Shown here piece after piece: positions 27,727 through 36,549 of a DNA stretch of 64,000 nt. How positions within the stretch are numbered: the stretch's first letter is position 1; each line of letters opens with the position of its first letter. The notes under the pieces are model-generated. The model did not search any database, was not told where the DNA came from, and saw only the letters and a list, made by a program, of their open reading frames with translations. Source of the DNA: Candidatus Omnitrophota bacterium (GTDB lineage Bacteria; Omnitrophota; Gorgyraeia; Gygaellales; Profunditerraquicolaceae); NCBI GenBank assembly GCA_042570405.1, contig JBHPGR010000004.1, forward strand, positions 4,474 to 68,473, read 5' to 3'. The position numbers and the translations under genes were made by a program.

Positions 27727-27842
27727 ATCTTCTTTATCACCTCAAGTATGTGGAGAAGATCGTCGGTATTCACGCAATAGTCATCCGCGCCCATCTCCAT
27801 CGCCTTTACCGCATCTATGCCATCGATTGAGCCGATGCAGAC
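27723..27842 (-). pseudogene. C-terminal remnant of a response-regulator receiver gene
   Basis: Hand translation after an in-frame TAG: VCIGSIDGIDAVKAMEMGADDYCVNTDDLLHILEVIKKI*. The GADDY block is typical of the receiver alpha4-beta5 region. Its stop overlaps the kinase ATG (ATGA). Confidence 0.4.
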
Positions 27843-27899
27843 CTAAAAAGCATCGAAGTCAGGACTTAAACCTGCTCCTTAGCTCAAAAGGTAAGGCCT

Positions 27900-29456
27900 T
27901 CATCTAGTCCTGCGCTCAGCAATCGGCAATATAAAACTGAAGGTAGACCCTTTACCTAACTGCGAATCGGCCCAGATCTTTCCATTGTGGCCCTCGACGA
28001 TCTCCTTAGAGATCGCCAGGCCCAATCCGATTCCCTTTTGGCCCAGCTGCTGCTTGCGTTCCAGCTGCTCAAATTCTTTAAAAAGTCTTCCTTGCTCTGG
28101 CAAACTGATCCCGCTCCCCGTATCCCTTACGCTTACCTTGAGAGAATTATCTCCTTTTGCACTGCTGATCGTAATAATCCCCTTGCTTGTAAATTTTAAC
28201 GCGTTATTTATTAAATTGACGATCACCTGAATAATTTTTTCCTTATCAAATATGATCCTGGGAAGGTCCTTCTCCAGATCTAACTTGAAATCTAAACCCT
28301 TCTGCTCTGCCAGTGAATGCATCGTGTTGTAGACTTCGATGAGCGTTTCATTGATATCGTTTTCCACAAGATCAAAACGCACCCTTCCGGAATTCAATTT
28401 TTGAAAATCCAGTATATCCCCTACCAGGTGTCCCAGCCTGTCTGCGCTCTTCTTCGATAAAGCTAAATATTCCCTTTGTTTTTCGTTAATCTCTCCATAA
28501 TTTCCTTCTAAAAGAACATTTAGGCCTTCCCGTATAGTGGCTAAAGGCGTCCTTATCTCGTGTGAAGCCTCAGCGAGAAACTTCGACTTTAAATCTACCT
28601 GCTCCTTTAGATCTTTCTCTGTCTTCGTGCGTTCGCTGAATGACTTTCGGATTAAGGAAAGTATCATCTGATAATCACGGCTAACGAAAAATATCAATAT
28701 TAAATAGCCTGCAAAACGCATGGAATGCCAGATCCACCATTCATCACACCAGATAGTAGAATACTTGAGGGTCAGGCCAGGGAAGGCAAATAATAAAAAT
28801 AGGCAGCCAAATATAAAATCCTCAACGTGAAGATGGCGATGAAAAGTAATGATAAATCGTAGTGTAGCCAACGAAAATAAAACGCTGGCGAGCAGATTGA
28901 TGTTTGCCGCCAACAAGCTGAACTCAGTACCGGTTACCATATTAGGCAGCGACTCCGGGTAAACCAAGGCCCAGACCCCGACTAATAGGCTAAATAACGC
29001 TGTATTCCATAACATCCAAGCATTGCTTGTTACATTGCCCTTGGGGCGGGCCACCAAAAGAGAGCTGAAAAAAAACGCACCTGTGAGCATAGCCAGGCTA
29101 TGCAAGAATACGAAACCATCTCCTCCCGGCGGGGATACCGCATGAAAGCCATCGAGTATCCCCATATTGATAAAGCCCAACGCTAATAGAAAAATATGGT
29201 TATTGTTATCCCTAAGGGACCTTTGAAAAAAGATTATCCCTATGAACAAGGCCATAAACGACCCGAATGCCTCCAGGCCCGCATGAAAAGCAATATTCAC
29301 CCATAAATAATGAGGAAATACAGCAAAAATGCTGCGTTCCAATATTAAAAAAACGGGCAAGGCGGCAAGCAAAAAAAATGTCAGATAATACAACCAGAGC
29401 TTCTTCCTGTGCGCAGCGATATACCTTCTGATTCTCTTTACCATCCCATCCTCCAA
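27900..29456 (-). CDS. Sensor histidine kinase with polytopic N-terminal membrane sensor domain
   Basis: Roughly 7 TM helices, then an H-box (SHEIRTPL) and HATPase_c. Confidence 0.8.
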   Translation of the reverse strand: MEDGMVKRIRRYIAAHRKKLWLYYLTFFLLAALPVFLILERSIFAVFPHYLWVNIAFHAGLEAFGSFMALFIGIIFFQRSLRDNNNHIFLLALGFINMGILDGFHAVSPPGGDGFVFLHSLAMLTGAFFFSSLLVARPKGNVTSNAWMLWNTALFSLLVGVWALVYPESLPNMVTGTEFSLLAANINLLASVLFSLATLRFIITFHRHLHVEDFIFGCLFLLFAFPGLTLKYSTIWCDEWWIWHSMRFAGYLILIFFVSRDYQMILSLIRKSFSERTKTEKDLKEQVDLKSKFLAEASHEIRTPLATIREGLNVLLEGNYGEINEKQREYLALSKKSADRLGHLVGDILDFQKLNSGRVRFDLVENDINETLIEVYNTMHSLAEQKGLDFKLDLEKDLPRIIFDKEKIIQVIVNLINNALKFTSKGIITISSAKGDNSLKVSVRDTGSGISLPEQGRLFKEFEQLERKQQLGQKGIGLGLAISKEIVEGHNGKIWADSQLGKGSTFSFILPIAERRTR

Positions 29457-29537
29457 AACGTTTCTGGAGCCAAAGCCCGCCTTGCCGAAAGGTAAACAAG
29501 AATGTCGGCGAGGCAGGCAAGAACGTTTCTCATGTTA

Positions 29538-29927
29538 TTATTCCGCAAGCTTTACGCGGGGGGATTTTCTACGTTCGCGTCCGGCAATAAACGTTTCGAT
29601 CTTCTTAACGTAATCTGCCGGCGGATTCAAAAATTTAAAACCGCACCTGTATTTTAAGGTTCCGGCGCTCCTTGAATAACGTACCTCTCCCCTTAACTCC
29701 ATCGTCTTCTCTATGCCAAGAGGCGCTCCGTTTATCTCAAGCAGCAAGATCAGCCCTTTGGGGAGGAAATATTTGGAAAGAAGCCCAAGGCCTGTAATGC
29801 TGATATCCGTGGCAGTGACCTCGAAATCATCTTTCTCTGCCAGGCTGAATTTCTGCTCCGAGTCCTCGGGTATCCTGGCGAGGACCTTTAGATCTATCTG
29901 TTTTCGGGGGGCTAATCTTGTTTCCAT
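29538..29927 (-). CDS. PilZ domain protein
   Basis: RLAPRK (RxxxR) and DISITGLGL (DxSxxG). Confidence 0.6.
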   Translation of the reverse strand: METRLAPRKQIDLKVLARIPEDSEQKFSLAEKDDFEVTATDISITGLGLLSKYFLPKGLILLLEINGAPLGIEKTMELRGEVRYSRSAGTLKYRCGFKFLNPPADYVKKIETFIAGRERRKSPRVKLAE

Positions 29928-30253
29928 AAGTTGATAAGCACCAGGCGCACCGCATGCCTGCGTTCGATTCTCGACATAAACTTCTCTAATCCCTGCTTCT
30001 GCTTCCCGGTAAGAGAGGTAAATCCCACACCTAGCCTGAATTTATAGGTCTTTCTGTGCCTGGGGGAGGCAGCTACTACCCTGCCCTTCATCGGCAGGAG
30101 GATCTTTTTGTGCGTGATGATCTCGATCTTCGTGTCCTTGCCGACCTTGTGGGAGCAGGCGATACTCATCCCGCCCCTGCTGATATCAAGGATATAGCCG
30201 GTGGCACGCTTATCCCTGCCGTATTTGAGATCCAAATAATAGATGTTTGTCAT
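29912..30253 (-). CDS. PilZ domain protein
   Basis: GRDKRA and DISRGGMSI (DxSxxG). It overlaps the next PilZ gene by 16 nt. Confidence 0.6.
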   Translation of the reverse strand: MTNIYYLDLKYGRDKRATGYILDISRGGMSIACSHKVGKDTKIEIITHKKILLPMKGRVVAASPRHRKTYKFRLGVGFTSLTGKQKQGLEKFMSRIERRHAVRLVLINLWKQD

Positions 30254-30258
30254 CGCAA

Positions 30259-31206
30259 TCAGCTATAAGCGAATCCGAAAATGTAAAAGATGTAGCCTGC
30301 ATATATAAGTAAAAGGACTGACCCCTCGGCCCTGGTTAATCTGAATCCTGAACGCGCGAATAATAGCACTAATGCCCCGATTAAAAGCACAACCGGCATA
30401 GTAAATGATAAAGTCTGGAAATCAACATTTAAGGACCTGATCATCGAAGCGCCCCCTAACACCCAAAGTATATTCAAGATATTGGCGCCGATTACGTTGC
30501 CGACTGCCAATTCCCCCATCTTCTTAAAGCTTGCCACCCCGGCAGCAGCCAGCTCAGGAAGCGAAGTTCCCAGAGCGACTATTGAGAGGCCGATCACGAT
30601 CTCCGGAACGCCCAAAAAATGGGCGATGTTGATGCCAGATGGAATTATAGCATATTTAGCGGATAATACAACTCCTGCTGCACCGGCAAGAAATTTAATC
30701 GCGCAGGCTCTGATATTGATATCCCTTAACCTCTCCTGGTCGCTGCCTTCTCTTGCCTTCAGCTCCCTTTTAATTATAAATACAAAAAAGGCTGCCAGTA
30801 AAAGAATAAGCAACAGGCCCTCCCAGCGAGCCAGCCTTCCGTCTAATATAAACAGATACAAAATCAGCACTGAACTGATAAAAAAGATTATCTCCGGCTT
30901 TACCGAGCGCGACTTAAGGCGCAGGGGACTGATCAGCGCGGCGACAGCCAGGATCAAGGCCATATTGCAGATACATGAACCAAGCGCATTACCGATCGCC
31001 ATCCCTGATGAACCCATATAGGAAGATATTGAGGATACGGTAAATTCGGGGAAGGTAGTTGCAAGACTGACGATAGTAAGGCCGATGACGAGGCGCGGGA
31101 TGTGAAAGGCGGCGGCAATCCCTTCAGCGCCCTCCGTGAAGAAATCAGCGCTCTTGATGATCACCGCAAACCCAATAATAAAAATCAAGACTTCTTTATA
31201 TATCAT
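30259..31206 (-). CDS. Ca2+/Na+ antiporter (CaCA / YrbG family)
   Basis: Two alpha-repeat motifs (GLTIVSLATTFPEF and GLSIVALGTSLPEL). Start moved to ATG 31206 (MIYKEV), outside the palindrome. Confidence 0.8.
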   Translation of the reverse strand: MIYKEVLIFIIGFAVIIKSADFFTEGAEGIAAAFHIPRLVIGLTIVSLATTFPEFTVSSISSYMGSSGMAIGNALGSCICNMALILAVAALISPLRLKSRSVKPEIIFFISSVLILYLFILDGRLARWEGLLLILLLAAFFVFIIKRELKAREGSDQERLRDINIRACAIKFLAGAAGVVLSAKYAIIPSGINIAHFLGVPEIVIGLSIVALGTSLPELAAAGVASFKKMGELAVGNVIGANILNILWVLGGASMIRSLNVDFQTLSFTMPVVLLIGALVLLFARSGFRLTRAEGSVLLLIYAGYIFYIFGFAYS

Positions 31207-31212
31207 TATACA

Positions 31213-31296
31213 GGGACACCCAATCAACTAATCGGGAGGGTGTCCCCCTCCCCCTTATATAGGGGACACCCCCAGCTTCAACTGATTGGGTGTCCC
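31213..31296. repeat. Nested palindrome built from four copies of GGGACACCC/GGGTGTCCC
   Basis: The outer 14-bp inverted repeat is gggacacccaatca (31213-31226) / tgattgggtgtccc (31283-31296). The inner 10-bp inverted repeat is gggtgtcccc (31238-31247) / ggggacaccc (31262-31271). Confidence 0.7.
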
Positions 31297-33155
31297 TAAT
31301 CCCTGCGGCGTTCGGCAAGAAGGACGAGGTGGCGCAACTCATCCACGTTCTTTGCCGCAAGCCACTCCTTATCAAAGTCCGGGTGTTGGGTGATCTGGGC
31401 GATCGCTGCCAGGGTCTTCAGGTGGAAATTACGCTGGTCAGCTGATCCGACGAGGATAAATATCGCATGCGCCACCTGATCGTTAGGAAAGATGATCCCG
31501 GCCTTTGCCCTTACGATCAGCAATTTAAAGATCCCCTCCCCGTCGATAACGATGTGCGGGATGGCCAGGCCGTGGCGTAAGACCGTACTGGTCTCCTTCT
31601 CCCTCTCCATCAGCCTCTTAACTAAGATCTCAGGCCAAAGCCCCAGATCCTCACCCAGCGCCTCGGAGATCTTCTTGAAGAAATACTCTGCCTCGTGCGG
31701 CTCCTCCATATCGATAATCTGGCACTGCTCAACCAGCTTATGGAACCTGTCTTCGATCATATCGTCGCGCTTAACCACGATCTCCCTTAACTCCGAAAGC
31801 AGATTATCCGATGCTAATGCCTTATCCTTTGCGATCATCCTCTCCAATACATAGATCAGCGCCGAATCCTGCCCGGCCCTTTTCTGGGCGTAGATCTTGT
31901 ACCAGATAAAGCCAAAAAGCAGAAAGATCGCAGTCATCAGAATGATCAATGAGCCCATCTCGACCAGAAGAAAAAGACCACCAAGGATGCCGACGACCTG
32001 CATATAGGGATATAATGGCGAGCGGAACTTAGGCCGGTAGCTTAAGATCTTACTCTCTCTGAATAAGATCACCGTAAGGTTTGCAAAGATAAAAAGCAGG
32101 ATCAGGACGCTGGAGGCGATCTTGACCAGCAACTCCAGAGGCAGAAATAATATCGCACCGATCATAAAGCCGCCGGTAAAAAGAATTGAGACATAAGGCG
32201 TCTTGAGATGCTTGCCGATCCTCTGAAAGACCTTGGGCAAGAGTTTATCCCGGCTCATCCCAAAGGGGTAGCGTGAGGCAGACATGATCCCGGCGTTTGC
32301 CGTGGAGATAAAGGCAAGGAAGGCGGCGACACTGATCAGGATCTTAAGGTTAGCACCGCCGAAAACACCTGCGGCGTCAGAGATCGGGGTAAGCGATCCT
32401 CCCAGGCTCTGCGGGCTGGAGACGCCGACGGTGACAAAGATCACCAGTCCGTAGAGGATCGAAGTGACAGCCAGTGATAGGATCATCCCCAGCGGTAAGA
32501 CTCTCCCCGGATCCTTTACCTCCTCGGCTAAAGATGCCACCTTAGTCAGGCCGCCGTAAGAGATAAAGACAAAACTGGCTGTGGCAAATAGAGAGCCGGC
32601 ACCGCGAGGCAGAAATGGCGAGAAGTTCACCAGCGCGACTGATCTTATACCGATTGCGATATAAGCCAGGAGTATCCCAATAAGCCCGACGACAAGAAAA
32701 ACCTGGAATCTGCCCGCCTTCTTTACCCCGACTAGATTCAAGAGGATGAAAAAAAGACACAGACATAGTGCGATCATATTAAGCGGCAGGTCAGTGAGTA
32801 GGCGCAGATACGCCCCCATACCAATAAGCGCAAAGGCTCCCTTTAAACTCAAAGAAAACCATGAGCTAAAACCCGCCATCGTCCCGACCAAGGTGCCAAA
32901 TCCGCGCATGATGTAGAAATAATCACCTCCGGCCTTAGGCATGGCAGTGGTAAGCTCGGCCTTACTTAAAAGCGTAGGGATACAAAGTACTGCAGCCAGA
33001 AGATACGATAAGATCACTGCAGGGCCTGCCTTGGCGAATGCCAGGCCGGGTAATATAAATAAACCGGAGCTGATCATCGCTCCGGTAGCCACACAAAAAA
33101 CATCCAAAAGACCGAGTTCTTTCTTCAGGTCCTTCATCCTAAAGGGTCCCCCCAA
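31296..33155 (-). CDS. APC-family amino acid/polyamine permease fused to a C-terminal PTS EIIA(Ntr/Fru)-type domain
   Basis: About 12 TM helices are followed by a soluble domain with VLRHGLAIPH, the EIIA type-2 active-site His context. Confidence 0.7.
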   Translation of the reverse strand: MGGPFRMKDLKKELGLLDVFCVATGAMISSGLFILPGLAFAKAGPAVILSYLLAAVLCIPTLLSKAELTTAMPKAGGDYFYIMRGFGTLVGTMAGFSSWFSLSLKGAFALIGMGAYLRLLTDLPLNMIALCLCLFFILLNLVGVKKAGRFQVFLVVGLIGILLAYIAIGIRSVALVNFSPFLPRGAGSLFATASFVFISYGGLTKVASLAEEVKDPGRVLPLGMILSLAVTSILYGLVIFVTVGVSSPQSLGGSLTPISDAAGVFGGANLKILISVAAFLAFISTANAGIMSASRYPFGMSRDKLLPKVFQRIGKHLKTPYVSILFTGGFMIGAILFLPLELLVKIASSVLILLFIFANLTVILFRESKILSYRPKFRSPLYPYMQVVGILGGLFLLVEMGSLIILMTAIFLLFGFIWYKIYAQKRAGQDSALIYVLERMIAKDKALASDNLLSELREIVVKRDDMIEDRFHKLVEQCQIIDMEEPHEAEYFFKKISEALGEDLGLWPEILVKRLMEREKETSTVLRHGLAIPHIVIDGEGIFKLLIVRAKAGIIFPNDQVAHAIFILVGSADQRNFHLKTLAAIAQITQHPDFDKEWLAAKNVDELRHLVLLAERRRD

Positions 33156-33224
33156 TTCAGCCTAACCCAAACTTAAAACTAGGGTTATATTATCATAAGG
33201 GAAGGCCGAAAACAAACATTTTTA

Positions 33225-33260
33225 AAAAGAAAAACCCGGTATCCAGAACCGGATACCGGG
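33225..33260 (-). terminator. Rho-independent terminator
   Basis: 10-bp stem cccggtatcc / ggataccggg with a 6-nt loop, followed on the reverse strand by TTTTTCTTTT. Confidence 0.65.
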
Positions 33261-33296
33261 CTCAAAACTTCACTAAACAGTGCAGTAATCCTTCTT

Positions 33297-33455
33297 TTAT
33301 TTCAGCGCAATCGCAAAAAGCAGTAATAACGCTGCGCCACCTACTAAGGCACGCGCCTCGATGCCGGATAAGGGTGTAAGAGTCAACCTGGAATAAACCG
33401 CTAATACTGCAAGTACTGCCGCTGCACCTACTAAAACCTTGCCAATATTCTTCAT
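33297..33455 (-). CDS. 52-aa hydrophobic two-helix membrane peptide
   Basis: Alternative frame to track ORF 33262-33462. An ATG is preceded by AAAGGAGGTGGAGT. Translation: MKNIGKVLVGAAAVLAVLAVYSRLTLTPLSGIEARALVGGAALLLLFAIALK. It has its own promoter-like hexamers and terminator. Confidence 0.5.
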   Translation of the reverse strand: MKNIGKVLVGAAAVLAVLAVYSRLTLTPLSGIEARALVGGAALLLLFAIALK

Positions 33456-33510
33456 ACTCCACCTCCTTTTTTAAAATTTACCCTTTTTATAAGTCCTAAA
33501 TTCTAGTTAT

Positions 33511-33538
33511 ATTTTATATCAACCTGCCCCTTTGTCAA
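33511..33538 (-). promoter_or_regulatory. Promoter candidate TTGACA-N16-TAAAAT for the small membrane peptide gene
   Basis: Hexamers read on the reverse strand. Confidence 0.35.
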
Positions 33539-33555
33539 TGATTCTTTTCATAGAT

Positions 33556-35076
33556 CTAAAAATCTTCAAATTGCCGATTATAACTTGAAACAGGATTTAC
33601 AAATACCGGATTACTGATTATTATCCTCCTGGGCGAGTAGATCTCCAGGCGGTAAAAAGTCTTTTTCCCGACGGTAGAATGTCCGTCCTGGTATTCGATC
33701 TCAAAGGGGCTTTCGGCCTCAAACTCTTTGATCACTACCCCCTCCCTGATCAGCTTGATCTTCAATGCGCCTTCAGCCTCACCCTGGGCGCCTGAAAGAT
33801 GCCCCCTGACCTTAATCACGGGATCGCCCTCTAAATCTATCTGATCGCCCATACCGGCTTCAGCATCTGAAAGGCTATCCTTGACCGTAAATTCATCCAG
33901 TATCAGCTCTAACTCTCCTCCCCCCGTAACGACATACATCTTACCCTGCCCTAATGCCTTTATTACCTCTTTCTTGCCCAGCCGGGGGACTAAGATCATA
34001 GTACGCAGGTCTTTGATGTATTCGGCAAGGTCCCCCTGCTGGTCAAAACCCAATCCGCCGATCGCCCATACCGGCTTCTTTCTTTCTCCCCGGCAGTATT
34101 CCTTAAGGGCCTGGTCCCATATACCTGCGGGGATGCCGACCCTGCTATAGCCCCCGTAGTGTACAGTGTAGCCCGTATAACCACGGGTCTCTAAAAGCAG
34201 ATGCTGGTATGGCTTTGTCTCTATAGCTACCCTACCCTGCCTTCTTATGTTCTCCACCTCCGGATGGGCCCAAAAGACCATCCCTCCCTTCTTGCCCACA
34301 TAATCAATAAGGTCCTGGTAAGGCCCCTTTCCCTGATCTGCGTGATACTGGTCGTATTTTAAGGAACGGAAAGGAAAATTATTAAAGAAAAATATCAGGC
34401 CGATCGCGGTCAGGATGATTCCTAATACGCGCCAGACCCTTGAATAAGGGCCCAGTGCATGCCCGGCAAGGTCTCTATAATGAAAACTCCTCTTCCTCAG
34501 CGACAGGAAACCTGCCACTAATAACAGGGCAGGAACCAGGATCAGATAAAAATCCCCCTTGAAATCAAATCGGGAGAGCGGACTGTGCCTGTTGGCGACA
34601 GAGGGCAGCCCCCTATAGTCGCTTACCCCTTCCAAACCGATGATCAGAAGATGCCTGTGCCAATCATTTATCCGAAAATCATCTCCGAAAGGGCTACCGC
34701 TCCAGTAATAAAACGGCGCAGATTCTACCCCCGCAATCAAAACCATGTCCGGATTATCTTTCCCTGCCCGCTCTATACTTTTTAGATAATTCTTTATCCC
34801 GTAGGTGGCGATCGAATTTGCCTCAACCGTCTTCTTGACTACTTTACGCAGAGGCAAGAGCCCGTATTCCCAGCGCATATAATCGCGCTCATTCAGAATC
34901 AGGACCTTGATCCCGCTCTTCCTGGCGATATCGATTATCTGCTGGATAGAATGCTTCCCGTCGCTGACTATAGAACTGACCTGTATGGCAGCCGGAGCCT
35001 GGATCAATTCTTCGGCCGGAGAGATCCCAAAAGATAGGATCAGAATAAGCAATGACAGGCTAAGTACTCTGATCAA
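33556..35076 (-). CDS. Exported/membrane protein with degenerate PHP (CehA/McbA-like) domain
   Basis: Signal peptide. IQVSSIVSDGKHSIQQIIDIARKSGIKVLILNERD follows the PHP motif-1 pattern (HxHS..SDG......A...G......TDH), but the His positions are substituted. Later FWAHPE is present, plus an internal TM pair. Confidence 0.35.
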   Translation of the reverse strand: MIRVLSLSLLILILSFGISPAEELIQAPAAIQVSSIVSDGKHSIQQIIDIARKSGIKVLILNERDYMRWEYGLLPLRKVVKKTVEANSIATYGIKNYLKSIERAGKDNPDMVLIAGVESAPFYYWSGSPFGDDFRINDWHRHLLIIGLEGVSDYRGLPSVANRHSPLSRFDFKGDFYLILVPALLLVAGFLSLRKRSFHYRDLAGHALGPYSRVWRVLGIILTAIGLIFFFNNFPFRSLKYDQYHADQGKGPYQDLIDYVGKKGGMVFWAHPEVENIRRQGRVAIETKPYQHLLLETRGYTGYTVHYGGYSRVGIPAGIWDQALKEYCRGERKKPVWAIGGLGFDQQGDLAEYIKDLRTMILVPRLGKKEVIKALGQGKMYVVTGGGELELILDEFTVKDSLSDAEAGMGDQIDLEGDPVIKVRGHLSGAQGEAEGALKIKLIREGVVIKEFEAESPFEIEYQDGHSTVGKKTFYRLEIYSPRRIIISNPVFVNPVSSYNRQFEDF

Positions 35077-36496
35077 AATCGATTTCCTTTCCTGGCGGCG
35101 TGACGGCCTCAGGCGCAGAAGTCTCGGCGGGTTTATCCAATCTGGGGATCATCATCACTATCGCAGCCAGAAACCAGAAAGGCTCCATGATCCGCACGAT
35201 AATAAAGCTTGCGGCGCCGATACTGTGCACCAGGAGCCCGATCAGCCCGGCCAAAAATCCTAGGGTCAGCCCGCTCCACCACTCGTCTTCAGTATCCTTA
35301 TAGATCCTAAGCGCTCCCTTTAAGATTACCGTGATCAGCCAGAAGAACACCCAAAGGCCGACCAGGCCGGTCTCGGCCAGGACGAGAGGATATTGGGCAT
35401 CAACTACGCCCAATGACGATACTCCGTATCCGATCAGGGGACTTTCCTTCCATTTATCCATGATCGTTTTCCAGCCCTCGATCCTTTCCGAAGTAGAGGT
35501 ATCAAGGTAATACTTACGGCCTAAGGTTTCATATTCTACGCCGGGGACGAATGTGAACTTCACCCTTTCCATAACCCTATCAGGCATCAGGGGGATGACT
35601 ATGAAGAGACTTAATATTAAAACCGAGATGAAAAAAAGCCTCCTCCTCTTAGTCAGGATGATCAATGCCAGGCAAATAGGCATAAAAGCTAAGTAGCTTG
35701 TGCGCGAAAGTGTCTGCAGCAGAACAATAAAGGTGAGGCAGCTTAAGGCTGCGCTGAAGAAACGCCAGGGCCTTGAAGAGAGGTTTAATAAAAGAGCGGT
35801 GGAAAATGCAAATAAAAAAATCACATAGCCACCAAGGGTATTGGGTTCAGCCTGACTCCCCTCGAAGGGTGCTGTCGCCCTCCCCATGGGCCCGCTAGTT
35901 AGTAACGCATATGCACAGGTCAAGGCACAGGTAATAAAAAATGCTGCGATAAAGAACTTCACCTGCCTTTTACTGCGCAGGTTATTTGTCACCAGAAAAT
36001 AAAGCATAAAATACTCTATATATTTAAGAAGATAAAAAAAACTCCCTAATGCGCGCACCCGGCCGACGATTATCCCTATGGCGGTAGCGGATACGCAAAC
36101 CAGAATGTACAAGCTTATAATGGAATTAATGCGGGTGTAGCGGAATAGCCCCAGCTGCTTATTTATCGCCAGTTTAGCCAACCAGCTGAAGAATATCACG
36201 ATCAGCAGGATATCGTCTATGCGCACCACCACCGCCCTCTGGGGGGTGCCGGCTAGCTCTATCTCCGGGGAGAGAAGCATCGAGAAGATCAAAATGATCA
36301 GCGCGATATCCGTATTGATAAAGGTGATCGTAAATGTGATCGCCATCAGGACAAAAATGAAGAAACGGGTCTGCGGGAAGGCTCTGGAGACGCTGATCGC
36401 TGCGATAAAGGCGATAAATAAAACAGGAATTAAAATACTGGCAACAGACTGCCCCTTTTCTTTGAGTCTAAACATAGGCCGCTCTTTCGGAGTCAA
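35060..36496 (-). CDS. O-antigen ligase/polymerase family (Wzy_C) membrane protein
   Basis: At least 10 TM helices with a central LLQTLSRTSYLAF loop, typical of Wzy_C. Confidence 0.7.
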   Translation of the reverse strand: MTPKERPMFRLKEKGQSVASILIPVLFIAFIAAISVSRAFPQTRFFIFVLMAITFTITFINTDIALIILIFSMLLSPEIELAGTPQRAVVVRIDDILLIVIFFSWLAKLAINKQLGLFRYTRINSIISLYILVCVSATAIGIIVGRVRALGSFFYLLKYIEYFMLYFLVTNNLRSKRQVKFFIAAFFITCALTCAYALLTSGPMGRATAPFEGSQAEPNTLGGYVIFLFAFSTALLLNLSSRPWRFFSAALSCLTFIVLLQTLSRTSYLAFMPICLALIILTKRRRLFFISVLILSLFIVIPLMPDRVMERVKFTFVPGVEYETLGRKYYLDTSTSERIEGWKTIMDKWKESPLIGYGVSSLGVVDAQYPLVLAETGLVGLWVFFWLITVILKGALRIYKDTEDEWWSGLTLGFLAGLIGLLVHSIGAASFIIVRIMEPFWFLAAIVMMIPRLDKPAETSAPEAVTPPGKEIDFDQST

Positions 36497-36549
36497 GATC
36501 TTGGGATTGGATATTTGTTGGTGACACAGTGAAGTTACCGCTTGCCTGA

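Noticed and set aside
29212-29520. 102-aa minus-strand ORF overlapping the 5' end of the histidine kinase gene
   Set aside because: It is in an alternative frame of a well-supported kinase gene and has no motifs. Other nested out-of-frame minus-strand ORFs such as 5211-5456, 9113-9313, 14565-14771, 17884-18087, 32542-32766, 33996-34184, 36468-36662, 44180-44413 and 48773-49000 I also treat as spurious, by their overlap with supported genes rather than by individual inspection.
29457-29537. Direct repeat GAAACGTT (two copies) upstream of the membrane histidine kinase as an operator
   Set aside because: Only two 8-nt copies are present in a short region, which is compatible with chance, and there is no palindromic symmetry.
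33262-33462. 66-aa minus-strand ORF in the track (MEYEEYWQGFSRCSG...)
   Set aside because: It starts at a GTG and runs through the terminator stem. An overlapping 52-codon frame has an ATG, a strong SD and coherent hydrophobic helices, so I replaced this ORF with 33297-33455.
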